From Thermodesulfovibrionales bacterium (GTDB lineage Bacteria; Nitrospirota; Thermodesulfovibrionia; Thermodesulfovibrionales; SM23-35): a stretch of DNA of 64,000 nucleotides. Below the pieces are notes generated by a model. That model saw only the letters and a list, made by a program, of their open reading frames with translations. It did no database searches and was not told the DNA's origin. Each line of letters starts with the position of its first letter. Positions within the stretch are counted from its first letter, which is position 1. Below, piece after piece: positions 1 through 8,775 of the stretch. The position numbers were made by a program, and so were the translations under genes. The DNA lies in NCBI GenBank assembly GCA_041658585.1, contig JBAZZX010000004.1:38286-102285 (forward strand), in the 5' to 3' direction.

Positions 1-183
1 CCGGTCTTTCCTTTCCCTAAGCTGCTGCCAGTTACCTGGCTTGCTCCTCGATATGATGGAGAAAACATTTCTTATGCTTACTTCCTGATACAAACACTTC
101 GTAAGGTTTCGATAGAAGGCATTCTTTCACATAGAAAGACGCATTTTCAAAGATTTCTGATGCCTGCTGATTGCCGTCAATAA
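1..183 (+). CDS. C-terminal fragment of an unidentified protein (gene starts left of the window)
   Basis: Frame 1 is open from base 1 to TAA at 181-183 (60 codons). It is absent from the ORF track only because it has no start codon in the window. No recognisable motif. Confidence 0.2.
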   Translation, partial: PVFPFPKLLPVTWLAPRYDGENISYAYFLIQTLRKVSIEGILSHRKTHFQRFLMPADCRQ

Positions 184-321
184 CTGATAGCACTTGGAGA
201 TGGTGACCGACAGGAAATACTTCCCATAGAAAACAAATGTATAAGTTGATATAATTGTCTATATTAGAATTGTTAATTGATAGATATTTGAATCTGATTT
301 CAATATTAGGAAATAACCGAT

Positions 322-3300
322 ATGGAAAACGAACATAATACGAAGAAACAGCCTCTAAATGAACTAATCGAGTTACGACAACAAAGTATTAAATTGGAAG
401 AAACTCTTAATTTTATAAATACACAATTCGAAGAGTTCAAGAAAACTGCTGCAGATATGGAAAAAGAATCGGAAAGTCTCAGCATGGAACTGTCAATAAG
501 CTTATTCGAGGTTTCCGAGGCACTAAAAAAAATATCTACCGGAGATCCTGACGTAATAATATCCGAAGAATCCGGAATTGAGATAATTTCAAAATTAAAA
601 CATATGGTTAATATAACGGCCAAAAACATTGGGGAAATGGTTGATCAGTCTCATGAATTTGCAATGGTTCTTGCGGAACATTTTGATGTGTTGCACAGGG
701 TATCAACCGGTGAATTGAATGCCCGAGTGTCCGGAGAATCAAAAGTAGAACTCTTGGAAGCTTTGAAAAAAGTCACGAACGAGATGATAGAGAGTATTGA
801 TAGAGAAATTACCAAGCGCAAACAAATGGAAGAAAAGCTGATTGAATCCGAAGAACGATACCGACGGCTCTTTGAAACATCGAAAGATGGGCTCTTGCTG
901 ATCGATAAACAGACTGGAAATGTGATCAATGTTAATCCGGCCATCGAGGAATTATTGGGTTATTCCAGCAAGGAGATTATCGGGAAAAAGCTCAAAGATA
1001 TTGGTCTGCTGAAATATATTGAGGATGTTCAGGAGGTTATTCAGAAGTTGAATCAAGTTGGATTTATCCATTACTATGATGTGTTGGTAGAAAACAAAAT
1101 AGGGCAGAAAATCGAAACGGAGATATATCTCACTGATCGGGCTAAAGTGATTCAATGTAACATACGCGACATCACCGAACACAAGCGGGCTGAGGAAGCA
1201 CTTAAAGAGTCAGAGAAAAAATACAGAAACCTCGTAGATAACGCCTTGGTAGGAATATATAAAACCAATCTTAAAGGTGATTTTCTCTTTGCGAATGATG
1301 CGTTGGCAAAGATATTTGAATTCCATTCGCCGGAAGAAATGATGACTAAATCTGTTCCGTCTGTATACAAAAATCCTGAAGAGAGAAATGTTTTGATCAA
1401 TAATCTTAAGAAGAAGGGAAAAGTAGATAGCTTTGAAATTGAGATATTAACAAGTGCAGGAACAACAAAAGACATTCTCTTAAATGCAACCCTTGATGAT
1501 GAAGTCATATCTGGAATGTTAATAGATATAACCGAACGAAAGAAGGCTGAGAAAATGCTGCGCATCTCGGCAGATGAGATAGAAGACCTATATAATAATG
1601 CGCCTTGCGGCTACCATTCGCTGGACAAGGATGGCGTATTCATTCGAATAAATGACACTGAACTTTCATGGTTGGGATACTCAAGGGAAGAAGTTATCGG
1701 GAAGAAGAATTTCGCTGACGTTATCACACCAGAAAGTTTACAGGTTTTTAAAGATAATTTCCCTAAATTTAAAGAGAGGGGTTGGGTGAATGACGTAGAT
1801 ATCGACCTGATCAGTAAGAATGGCTCTATAATGAATATACTCATAAGCGCGACTGCAATAAAGGACACCTCTGGCAATTACCAAATGAGCCGAACTATCT
1901 TGTATAACATTACTGAACGCAAAAAATCTGAGGAATCATTGCGTAAGAGTGAAGCCCGTCTTGCCAACGCACAACGAATTGCTCACTTAGGAAGTTGGGA
2001 TTGGAATATACTAAAAAATAGATTGTACTGGTCTGATGAGATTTATCGTATCTTTGGTTTAACTCCCCGGGCATTCGGCGCAACGTATGATGCGTTTCTG
2101 GAGTCAGTCCACCCCGACGATCGAGAATTGGTGCAAAAGTCGGTGAAGCAAGCATTAGATGAGAGAAAACCATACAGCATTGACCACAGGATAGTTCTCC
2201 CCGACGGATCAATCCGCTTTGTTCACGAGCAGGCAGAAGTTACTTATGATGATAATGGCAATCCCGTCCGGATGACAGGAACTGTGCAGGACATCACCGA
2301 ACGCAAGCTCATGGCAGAAAAACTCCAGTATCTTGCGTATTATGATGCTTTGACAGACCTTCCCAACAGGAACCTCTTTCTTGACAGGGTCCACCAAGCC
2401 ATAGCACGGGCAGAACCTACGTCAAGGATTGTTGCAGTTTTAATCACCAATATCGACAGGTTTAAGTCCATAAACGATACCTATGGATCCGAGATCGGGG
2501 ACAGAGTTTTAAAGGAGATCGCAGGAAGACTTTCAACCTCTGTCCGAAAAGGAGATACCATAGCCCGTCTTTCAAACGATGAATTCGGGATAGCGCTTAT
2601 TGATGTTGCCCATCCTGATGATATCGTTATGGTTTTAGACAAGATCATAAAAGATATATCTTACCCTTTAAATATCGCTGGAGATGAATTGGCGCTGACC
2701 TTTAGCACCGGTGTCTCACTATATCCTAATGACGGAAATAGCGCTTCCGAACTGCTGAAGGCTGCAGGATTGGCGCTGGGGATAGCAAAGAAAGAGGGAA
2801 GGAGAACCTGCCAGTTTTACACCGAAGATTTAAATGTTAAGGCATCAGAATTTATGTTGTTGGAAAAACAACTTGTCACTGCTATAAAAAATGAAGAGTT
2901 TATCCTCCACTACCAACCTTACTGGGATATTACAACAAAAAAGATGGTTGGTATGGAAGCCCTTGTCAGGTGGCAAAGTAAGGACAAGGGATTGGTGCCT
3001 CCAGGGAAGTTTATCCCTATCCTTGAGGATACTGGGATGATCATAGAGGTTGGAGAATGGATATTAAGGGAAGCCATGAGACAGGTGAAGGAATGGCAGA
3101 ATAATGGATATCCCGTAGTACCGGTCTCTGTGAATATGTCATTAGTTCAGTTCAGGCAAAAAGATCTGGCCGGGATGGTGAAAAAGATAATGAAAGACAG
3201 AGGTTATTATCCGTCACTACTTACTTTGGAGATAACGGAAAGCGCCTTTATGCAGAATATAGAGTTTACCAAATCAGTGCTTACTGAAATGAAAGAGATA

Positions 3301-3618
3301 GGGTGTTCAGTTTCTATTGATGATTTTGGGACAGGGTATTCATCATTGAGCTATCTTAAGAGGTTTCCGGTTGACAACCTGAAGATTGATATATCTTTTA
3401 TTCGGGAAATGGTGAAAGATCCAGATTCCGCCTCAATTGTTATGGCTATTATCAACATGGCACATACCCTGAATTTAAAGACCATTGCGGAAGGGATAGA
3501 GACGGAGGAGCAATGGAATTTCCTGCGTCTTTTAAGGTGCGATATGGGGCAAGGGTTCTACCTTGGCAAACCTTTGCCTGCAGAGGAAATAGCAACATTG
3601 ATCATCTCTCAGGGATAA
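322..3618 (+). CDS. Multi-PAS sensor protein with degenerate GGDEF and intact EAL domain (probable c-di-GMP phosphodiesterase)
   Basis: 1098 aa. Coiled-coil N-terminus, then PAS/PAC modules each closed by a DITE(R/H)K box (NIRDITEHK, LIDITERK, YNITERK, VQDITERK). The GGDEF position reads SNDEF. EAL-domain boxes: EALVRW, DDFGTGYSSLSYL, KIDISFI, EGIETEEQ, QGFYLGKP. Confidence 0.9.
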   Translation: MENEHNTKKQPLNELIELRQQSIKLEETLNFINTQFEEFKKTAADMEKESESLSMELSISLFEVSEALKKISTGDPDVIISEESGIEIISKLKHMVNITAKNIGEMVDQSHEFAMVLAEHFDVLHRVSTGELNARVSGESKVELLEALKKVTNEMIESIDREITKRKQMEEKLIESEERYRRLFETSKDGLLLIDKQTGNVINVNPAIEELLGYSSKEIIGKKLKDIGLLKYIEDVQEVIQKLNQVGFIHYYDVLVENKIGQKIETEIYLTDRAKVIQCNIRDITEHKRAEEALKESEKKYRNLVDNALVGIYKTNLKGDFLFANDALAKIFEFHSPEEMMTKSVPSVYKNPEERNVLINNLKKKGKVDSFEIEILTSAGTTKDILLNATLDDEVISGMLIDITERKKAEKMLRISADEIEDLYNNAPCGYHSLDKDGVFIRINDTELSWLGYSREEVIGKKNFADVITPESLQVFKDNFPKFKERGWVNDVDIDLISKNGSIMNILISATAIKDTSGNYQMSRTILYNITERKKSEESLRKSEARLANAQRIAHLGSWDWNILKNRLYWSDEIYRIFGLTPRAFGATYDAFLESVHPDDRELVQKSVKQALDERKPYSIDHRIVLPDGSIRFVHEQAEVTYDDNGNPVRMTGTVQDITERKLMAEKLQYLAYYDALTDLPNRNLFLDRVHQAIARAEPTSRIVAVLITNIDRFKSINDTYGSEIGDRVLKEIAGRLSTSVRKGDTIARLSNDEFGIALIDVAHPDDIVMVLDKIIKDISYPLNIAGDELALTFSTGVSLYPNDGNSASELLKAAGLALGIAKKEGRRTCQFYTEDLNVKASEFMLLEKQLVTAIKNEEFILHYQPYWDITTKKMVGMEALVRWQSKDKGLVPPGKFIPILEDTGMIIEVGEWILREAMRQVKEWQNNGYPVVPVSVNMSLVQFRQKDLAGMVKKIMKDRGYYPSLLTLEITESAFMQNIEFTKSVLTEMKEIGCSVSIDDFGTGYSSLSYLKRFPVDNLKIDISFIREMVKDPDSASIVMAIINMAHTLNLKTIAEGIETEEQWNFLRLLRCDMGQGFYLGKPLPAEEIATLIISQG

Positions 3619-3901
3619 GCTTATCATTATATAGAAAAGCTTTTGAACAGAATAAGGTGCACGGCACATATATCGCCCTCTCAATGATAATTACAATTGT
3701 TAATAAACAAAACCCATTTTCTAAAGATCATTTGTTTCCACTTCAAATGCTCAGTTTTAGCAAAAAATTAGATGTGCGTGTTAGATGAAGGATTCAATAA
3801 GATTTCAGGATTCTTGAAATTCTCTGTTCGTATGTGAAGCAAAGACCCCTGTGAAAATAACGGATATGCTTGTTTGAACAAAAATTGAGAGGAAAGGCAA
3901 T

Positions 3902-4087
3902 TTATTTAAGGGAGCCTTTTTCTTCCAAGTAGCGAAGGATCAGAGTTTCAATCAATCCATTCCGGCTATCGTGTTCCTTATCTTTCTTTACTGTTTCATC
4001 AAGGAGTTTAAGTAGGTCGGGATTTATCCGCATTGTAATGAGCTTAGATTTGTTTTTAAACATCTTCCTTAATTGATCCACTTTCAT
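3902..4087 (-). CDS. Ribbon-helix-helix (CopG/Arc-like) DNA-binding protein, probable island regulator
   Basis: 61 aa. The pattern ITMRINPDLLKLLDETV ... SRNGLIETLILRYLEE is typical of an RHH beta-strand plus two helices. Divergent from the recombinase gene across a repeat-containing promoter region. Confidence 0.7.
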   Translation of the reverse strand: MKVDQLRKMFKNKSKLITMRINPDLLKLLDETVKKDKEHDSRNGLIETLILRYLEEKGSLK

Positions 4088-4104
4088 AATATGGCCCTCA
4101 AAAA

Positions 4105-4204
4105 TTGTATATGCATTAAGTATAGCAAAAATGTCTTGACAAGTAAATTAAAAACGTATATTCTTAAAGTATATACAAAAAAGATTATTAATTGTATATT
4201 CTTT
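4105..4204. promoter_or_regulatory. Divergent promoter/operator region with repeated GTATAT boxes
   Basis: TTGACA at 4136-4141, 17-nt spacer, TATTCT at 4159-4164. The exact 10-mer GTATATTCTT occurs at 4156-4165 and 4194-4203, GTATATGC at 4107-4114, and the palindrome GTATATAC at 4169-4176. Confidence 0.4.
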
Positions 4205-4233
4205 ACACATGAAAAAGGGAAAGGAGAAAGAAA

Positions 4234-4866
4234 ATGGAAAAGGTAAGAGCCGCATTGTATGCCCGCTGTTCAACCCTCGACAAAGGTCAAGACCCTGAAT
4301 TGCAACTTGTACCACTTCGGGATTACTGCCAGAGGAGAGACTTCATCATTACCGGGGAATATGTTGATAACGGTATCTCCGGGACGAAAGAGCGCCGACC
4401 ACAGCTTGACAGACTTCTTGATGCTGCCAGAAAAAGACAGGTTGATATGGTAATTGTCTGGAAGCTTGACCGGTTTGGAAGAAGCCTGAAACAGCTTGTT
4501 ATGGCCTTAGAGGAGCTTTCAAGCCTCGGGGTAGGGTTTATATCGTATCAGGACAACTTAGACCTTACAACGCCTCAAGGGAGACTCATGTTTCACATTA
4601 TCGGATCTATGGCTGAGTTTGAACGTGAGTTAATAGCTGAAAGGGTGAGGGCCGGGATTGAGAACGCCCGGAGGAAAGGTAAGAAGATCGGAAGAAAGGC
4701 TGTCCCTCCCGTAGACATGGCAAAGATCATTGATATTAACAAGAAGACCCCTGCACTCTCGATTCGTGCCCTTGCCCGGACTCTTGGATTCAAGAAATCC
4801 CTTGTCCATAAAACCCTCGTGAATTTTCGTTCTGGATTGCTTGATGAATGCGGATTCGCAGCGTAA
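4234..4866 (+). CDS. Small serine recombinase (resolvase/invertase family)
   Basis: 210 aa. N-terminal catalytic box ALYARCSTLDKGQD, then VWKLDRFGRS, and a C-terminal HTH-like tail. GGAG-rich RBS upstream. Confidence 0.9.
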   Translation: MEKVRAALYARCSTLDKGQDPELQLVPLRDYCQRRDFIITGEYVDNGISGTKERRPQLDRLLDAARKRQVDMVIVWKLDRFGRSLKQLVMALEELSSLGVGFISYQDNLDLTTPQGRLMFHIIGSMAEFERELIAERVRAGIENARRKGKKIGRKAVPPVDMAKIIDINKKTPALSIRALARTLGFKKSLVHKTLVNFRSGLLDECGFAA

Positions 4867-4967
4867 CATTTGGCTGTCCGTTAAACATCTCTTTTATGGA
4901 CAGCAAACAAAATGTGGAGATTCTCTGTTGCTAAAAACGGAACAACAAAAAGAAAGGGGGTGAAATA

Positions 4968-5255
4968 ATGGCAACTGTAAAAAAGGAAGGAAAAGGGGAG
5001 GTGAAAGAAACAATGGAAAAAAGGACACCAGAACAGCTTCACATTATCGACCGTTTCGACGCCGAAGTCATGATCGCTGAGGCACTACTTGACGGCTGTT
5101 ACGGCATTGTTACGAGCGAAATGTGCGGAGAGTCGCACCCAGCCGTTGAAACCTTGATTTATGAAATCGAGGGTCACATGAAAGAGATTAAAAAAATATT
5201 TAAAGAAGTAACCGGGCAAAAAGTCAATGAGGAGGAGGAAACAGAAAATGGGTAA
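4968..5255 (+). CDS. Hypothetical small acidic helical protein
   Basis: 95 aa. GGGGG RBS upstream. First of four consecutive small ORFs. No recognisable domain. Confidence 0.5.
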   Translation: MATVKKEGKGEVKETMEKRTPEQLHIIDRFDAEVMIAEALLDGCYGIVTSEMCGESHPAVETLIYEIEGHMKEIKKIFKEVTGQKVNEEEETENG

Positions 5256-5442
5256 AGCAGTTAAAGACAACGATGAAATTATGGAACACGTCAGAACCAC
5301 AAAGAGCCTAATCAGAGCCGTCAAGGATAAAGCAGAAGACTTGGAAACGGGGTTTGACCGTGAAACGTTATCCGACCTTCATAATCTCTCGAATCTTGCT
5401 TTGAAAGAGATTAACGCCATGGAGATAATCATAGACAAATAA
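5248..5442 (+). CDS. Hypothetical small acidic helical protein
   Basis: Start chosen at ATG 5248 (MGKAVKDN) because GGAGGAGGA lies at 5231-5239. Overlaps the stop of the previous ORF (5253-5255). Confidence 0.5.
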   Translation: MGKAVKDNDEIMEHVRTTKSLIRAVKDKAEDLETGFDRETLSDLHNLSNLALKEINAMEIIIDK

Positions 5443-5453
5443 AGGAGAACGTC

Positions 5454-5654
5454 ATGAAAAATACGGAAAAGAGCGTAGATTTCGAGATTCAGGAAGCACT
5501 CAATAAGGCAATGGCCTTAACGCGGTCAATTGGAAAATTAGCGGAACTGGATGACATAGAAGAGTCTGACATGGGTCTTATGGCAGAGGTTGCAACGGCC
5601 TTAATTCAGGAAGCCTATACAGCGTTCGATATCCATGTGAGGAAAGCAGCGTAA
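5454..5654 (+). CDS. Hypothetical small acidic helical protein
   Basis: 66 aa. AAGGAG RBS at 5443-5448. No recognisable domain. Confidence 0.5.
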   Translation: MKNTEKSVDFEIQEALNKAMALTRSIGKLAELDDIEESDMGLMAEVATALIQEAYTAFDIHVRKAA

Positions 5655-5708
5655 TAACATCAAACCGTCAATCACCAAGCGACTGACGGAAATGAAGGAG
5701 AAAGAATC

Positions 5709-6044
5709 ATGGCAAAGAAAGGCGTTCCAGTAGTTGGTCATGTCGGCGAAGGGGGGAGAGTTTTTATCCCGGATAAGGAAAAATTGAATCTGTCTGAGTC
5801 TTCGGCTTCCGACCTAAGTAGTGACATTTCTATAAAGATTTTGGATCTCGGAATCTTTCTCGATGCTGGTATGAGGGCAATCGAAGAAGCAAATGAAGCT
5901 GTAGGGGCCCAAGGATGGAAAGAAGTAAATGCTACATTGGTCCTCCTGCAGCACGCCAAGGAGAACTACGATTGCCTCTATAAAGAATTCAATACTCTAC
6001 ACAACTATCTGGATGTACAATCGCTGAAAAGCAAGAATAGATGA
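5709..6044 (+). CDS. Hypothetical protein
   Basis: 111 aa. AAGGAG RBS upstream. The C-terminal half is helical, like the three preceding ORFs. Confidence 0.5.
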   Translation: MAKKGVPVVGHVGEGGRVFIPDKEKLNLSESSASDLSSDISIKILDLGIFLDAGMRAIEEANEAVGAQGWKEVNATLVLLQHAKENYDCLYKEFNTLHNYLDVQSLKSKNR

Positions 6045-6108
6045 CGATAGTAAGGCATTCAGAATAGAGCGCATGTTGTCCTCTTCCAATGCCATGGAAT
6101 TTTGAAAG

Positions 6109-6618
6109 ATGAAGGTACATGATTTCAAAGAAAGGTTGGCCTTCAGTGAAAGTGCAAGCCATGAAGGATTTTGGTCTTCTGTTTATGAAAAGGCGTTCCC
6201 TAATCTTGTCTTTCAAAAGCTGTGCTCTGGCAAATGTCAGGGGCAATACTTGGGGATCGACCGGGTTATTCAATTGAGCTCGGGCCGGACTTTGTATATT
6301 GATGAAAAGAAACGGTCCGGGGATTACTCGGATATCTTCCTTGAAGTGATTTCGAACGACCGAACCGGCGCTCCAGGCTGGATCGAGAAGGATCTGCAGA
6401 TTGATTACCTTGCCTATGCGTTCCTACCTTCTCAGAGGGTTTATCTCTTCAACTGGCCGATGCTGAAACGCGCCTGGCAGCATTTCAAAGAGACTTGGAA
6501 GCAGAAATACACGCCCCACATTCAGGCTCAGAATGTGGGATACCAAAGCGTCGGGGTAGCGGTCCCTATACGGGAAGTACTTAACGCAATTACGAGGGCC
6601 GGGATCATTGAACCGTGA
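6109..6618 (+). CDS. Hypothetical protein with PD-(D/E)xK-like nuclease motif
   Basis: 169 aa. GID-x13-IDEKK arrangement (LGIDRVIQLSSGRTLYIDEKKR ... FLEVIS) fits the D...(D/E)xK restriction-endonuclease-like core. This is a motif-level call only. Confidence 0.5.
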   Translation: MKVHDFKERLAFSESASHEGFWSSVYEKAFPNLVFQKLCSGKCQGQYLGIDRVIQLSSGRTLYIDEKKRSGDYSDIFLEVISNDRTGAPGWIEKDLQIDYLAYAFLPSQRVYLFNWPMLKRAWQHFKETWKQKYTPHIQAQNVGYQSVGVAVPIREVLNAITRAGIIEP

Positions 6619-6765
6619 ACCAGTGAATCTCATGAAACCTCATTTCAAAAAGAAATGAAACGCCTGTCAATTCAGGCACCGGCAACCTGGGCCTTTTTTG
6701 TTTCTTTAACATTTTTGCTGCTATTGGTATACTGGTTTCAATAATGCTTTCAGGGGGAGGGCAAA

Positions 6766-6846
6766 GTGGGTGATTCAAAAGGTATAGGATTAATGTTTTT
6801 TTTTCTTGCGCTGTTCATGCTCTTGAATGTTCAGGTTTTTGCTTAG
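6766..6846 (+). CDS. Possible 26-aa hydrophobic micro-peptide (not in ORF track)
   Basis: GTG start 5 nt after GGGGGAGGG (6753-6761). Translation: (M)GDSKGIGLMFFFLALFMLLNVQVFA. Sits in an otherwise empty 265-nt gap after a T-rich hairpin at ~6672-6697. Confidence 0.25.
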   Translation: MGDSKGIGLMFFFLALFMLLNVQVFA

Positions 6847-6882
6847 GACGATCTATGCCAAATTGCAAAAGAAACCCCATAT

Positions 6883-7179
6883 ATGACAAATGTACAGTTG
6901 GAGAAATTCTATAAAGATGAGCTGTATGGTCATTTGTTCAGTGGCAAGGGGATAATAAGAGATGTCCGGCGTTATGGGCAAGACTATACTGTTGTTGTAG
7001 ATTGTCTGAATGATGTTGCAGCAAATGTGGTCATTTCATCGTCGTCTGCAGCAGAAGAATTAAAGGCTGGTTCCCGGGTTGAATTCTCAGGTAAATGTAC
7101 GCAGAAGTTTAGGAGAGCGTATAGAGACACGCAAAGAACTTATCAACTTTTTGAACTTATTAGCGGCGATATAAAATAG
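6883..7179 (+). CDS. Hypothetical protein
   Basis: 98 aa ORF in the island. No recognisable motif. Confidence 0.45.
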   Translation: MTNVQLEKFYKDELYGHLFSGKGIIRDVRRYGQDYTVVVDCLNDVAANVVISSSSAAEELKAGSRVEFSGKCTQKFRRAYRDTQRTYQLFELISGDIK

Positions 7180-7221
7180 AAGAAATATTTATGGGGAGAT
7201 GCAATTACAATAAGATATACG

Positions 7222-7755
7222 ATGAATAATATTTTTAAAATAAGCATTGCTATGGGGATATTAATCCTAAGCCTTTCCATTTCATATTACTATTTTGTGG
7301 AAAAGCCATTTCAGGATCGTCTGCAAACAGAAAACAAAGAAAGAGAGATTAAAGAACAAAAAGAAAAAGCTCTAAAAGATCAGGAAGAAAAGGCTTCGTT
7401 GATTGAACAGGAAAATAGGAATAAGGATTATGAAAGAGATGAAGCACAGCGCAGGGCTGAACGAGACAGATTTTGGCGAGAGAGGAATATTGAAACGAAA
7501 AAGGATGATATAGAAAAACAGGCGGAAAGACAAAGAGAAAACGTCGGAAGACAAAAAGTAAACGCAAAAAGAAATTTAATTACTTGCCTGCAAGGAGTTG
7601 ACGATGCTTATCACGAACGATGGCAACGTCATTGCAGAAAATATAATTTAAATGACGATTGTTTATTATCAAAGGAAACAAGTGAATTATATTCAATGGA
7701 CAAACAGCGTAGTTTCGATGAATGTCACAGATTATACGATGTTTTGAAAGAGTAA
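7222..7755 (+). CDS. Membrane-anchored charged coiled-coil protein with Cys-containing C-terminus
   Basis: 177 aa. N-terminal hydrophobic helix ISIAMGILILSLSISYYYF, a long E/K/R-rich segment, and four Cys in the last 60 residues. Confidence 0.6.
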   Translation: MNNIFKISIAMGILILSLSISYYYFVEKPFQDRLQTENKEREIKEQKEKALKDQEEKASLIEQENRNKDYERDEAQRRAERDRFWRERNIETKKDDIEKQAERQRENVGRQKVNAKRNLITCLQGVDDAYHERWQRHCRKYNLNDDCLLSKETSELYSMDKQRSFDECHRLYDVLKE

Positions 7756-7848
7756 CGATGAGGTAGCAGGTTAACTCCAGGGAAACGGTTACCTCTGTCG
7801 GCTTCACCCGACAATAAGGTGAGCCACGAAGGAAAGTAGTAAGGAAAA

Positions 7849-8775
7849 GTGGAAGTAAAAGAAAAAACTAAAGAAAACGTAAGAGCCTATTTAAACGATT
7901 ATTTTAAAGAAGGCACGGAGTATTTTAACAAGCCTGTTGAACTCTATCTCGCCGTAAACGTTTTCAATCCTTTAAAAAAGAGAGACTTTAACAATCGTCT
8001 TTTAAAGGTTGAAACTGCAATAAAAAATGGAGACTCCTTAGCCAGTGCAATAGAATTATTTTTCCCGGTGACTCCGATTCAAATAAGGAAGAAGGAGCGC
8101 GAAAAGATTGCTTTGACTGGTAATTTAAGCGATTGGGGTCCGGAGAGCATTGCTAAGCTTTGCCCTATGCCGTCAGTCGAGGAACTGCGGGAAAGAGCTA
8201 TGTTAGCTCTTCCGATTCCAAATAGAAAATTGAATGGCCTGGATGAATACTTCGAATTTACTAACAACTGTAAAATTGATTCTTCTGAACTTGTCAAGAA
8301 ATGCAAAGTTGACCCTGATTTTGTACTCTCCCTACTGGGGATATGCAACATTCGGCGTTTGCGTGCTGAACTTTTTGATAAAGATGAAGAAACGGCCAAG
8401 AAGGCCAAGAGAACTCTTGAAGCCATAGGCAAGTGTCTCGCCTTAAAGGGATGGAAAGACAAACCCCGTAAGATAGAAAAAACAGTTTTGATACAGGAGA
8501 GAGATAGAATATTGAATGCAATAGTCAACTCGAAAATCTCTTTATTGCAGAATGTAAATGAGAAGAAACAAATTATCGAGAAATTATTTGGGAAAAAAAT
8601 CTCTGGGAAATTGAGCTTCATACCATCTGACAGTAAAGTCCTCGCAAACGTCATTGTAGAAATTAAATACGGTTATTCAGGTTCCGGTGAGATTGTAAAT
8701 AATTACGAAAAGGACGTAACAAAAATTGATTGTGGGAATGGAAATATAGCCTACCGTTTAAAGCCTACCCGATAA
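7849..8775 (+). CDS. Hypothetical protein (largest unknown ORF of the island)
   Basis: 308 aa. GTG start preceded by AAGGAAAA. Appears mostly helical, with no recognisable motif. Confidence 0.6.
   Translation: MEVKEKTKENVRAYLNDYFKEGTEYFNKPVELYLAVNVFNPLKKRDFNNRLLKVETAIKNGDSLASAIELFFPVTPIQIRKKEREKIALTGNLSDWGPESIAKLCPMPSVEELRERAMLALPIPNRKLNGLDEYFEFTNNCKIDSSELVKKCKVDPDFVLSLLGICNIRRLRAELFDKDEETAKKAKRTLEAIGKCLALKGWKDKPRKIEKTVLIQERDRILNAIVNSKISLLQNVNEKKQIIEKLFGKKISGKLSFIPSDSKVLANVIVEIKYGYSGSGEIVNNYEKDVTKIDCGNGNIAYRLKPTR

Noticed and set aside
3513-3788. 91-aa plus-strand ORF at the left island border
   Set aside because: It starts inside the 3-prime end of the EAL gene in another frame and runs into AT-rich non-coding DNA. 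It has no RBS and no motif.
3902-4866. Tn3-family transposon (resolvase plus regulator)
   Set aside because: There is no transposase gene and no recognisable 38-bp-type terminal inverted repeats nearby. The module is contiguous with the phage-like island.
8079-8654. 191-aa minus-strand ORF inside the island
   Set aside because: It is antisense to the 308-aa plus-strand ORF, which fits the co-oriented, tightly packed island operon. It has a Ser/Leu/Phe-rich shadow-frame composition.
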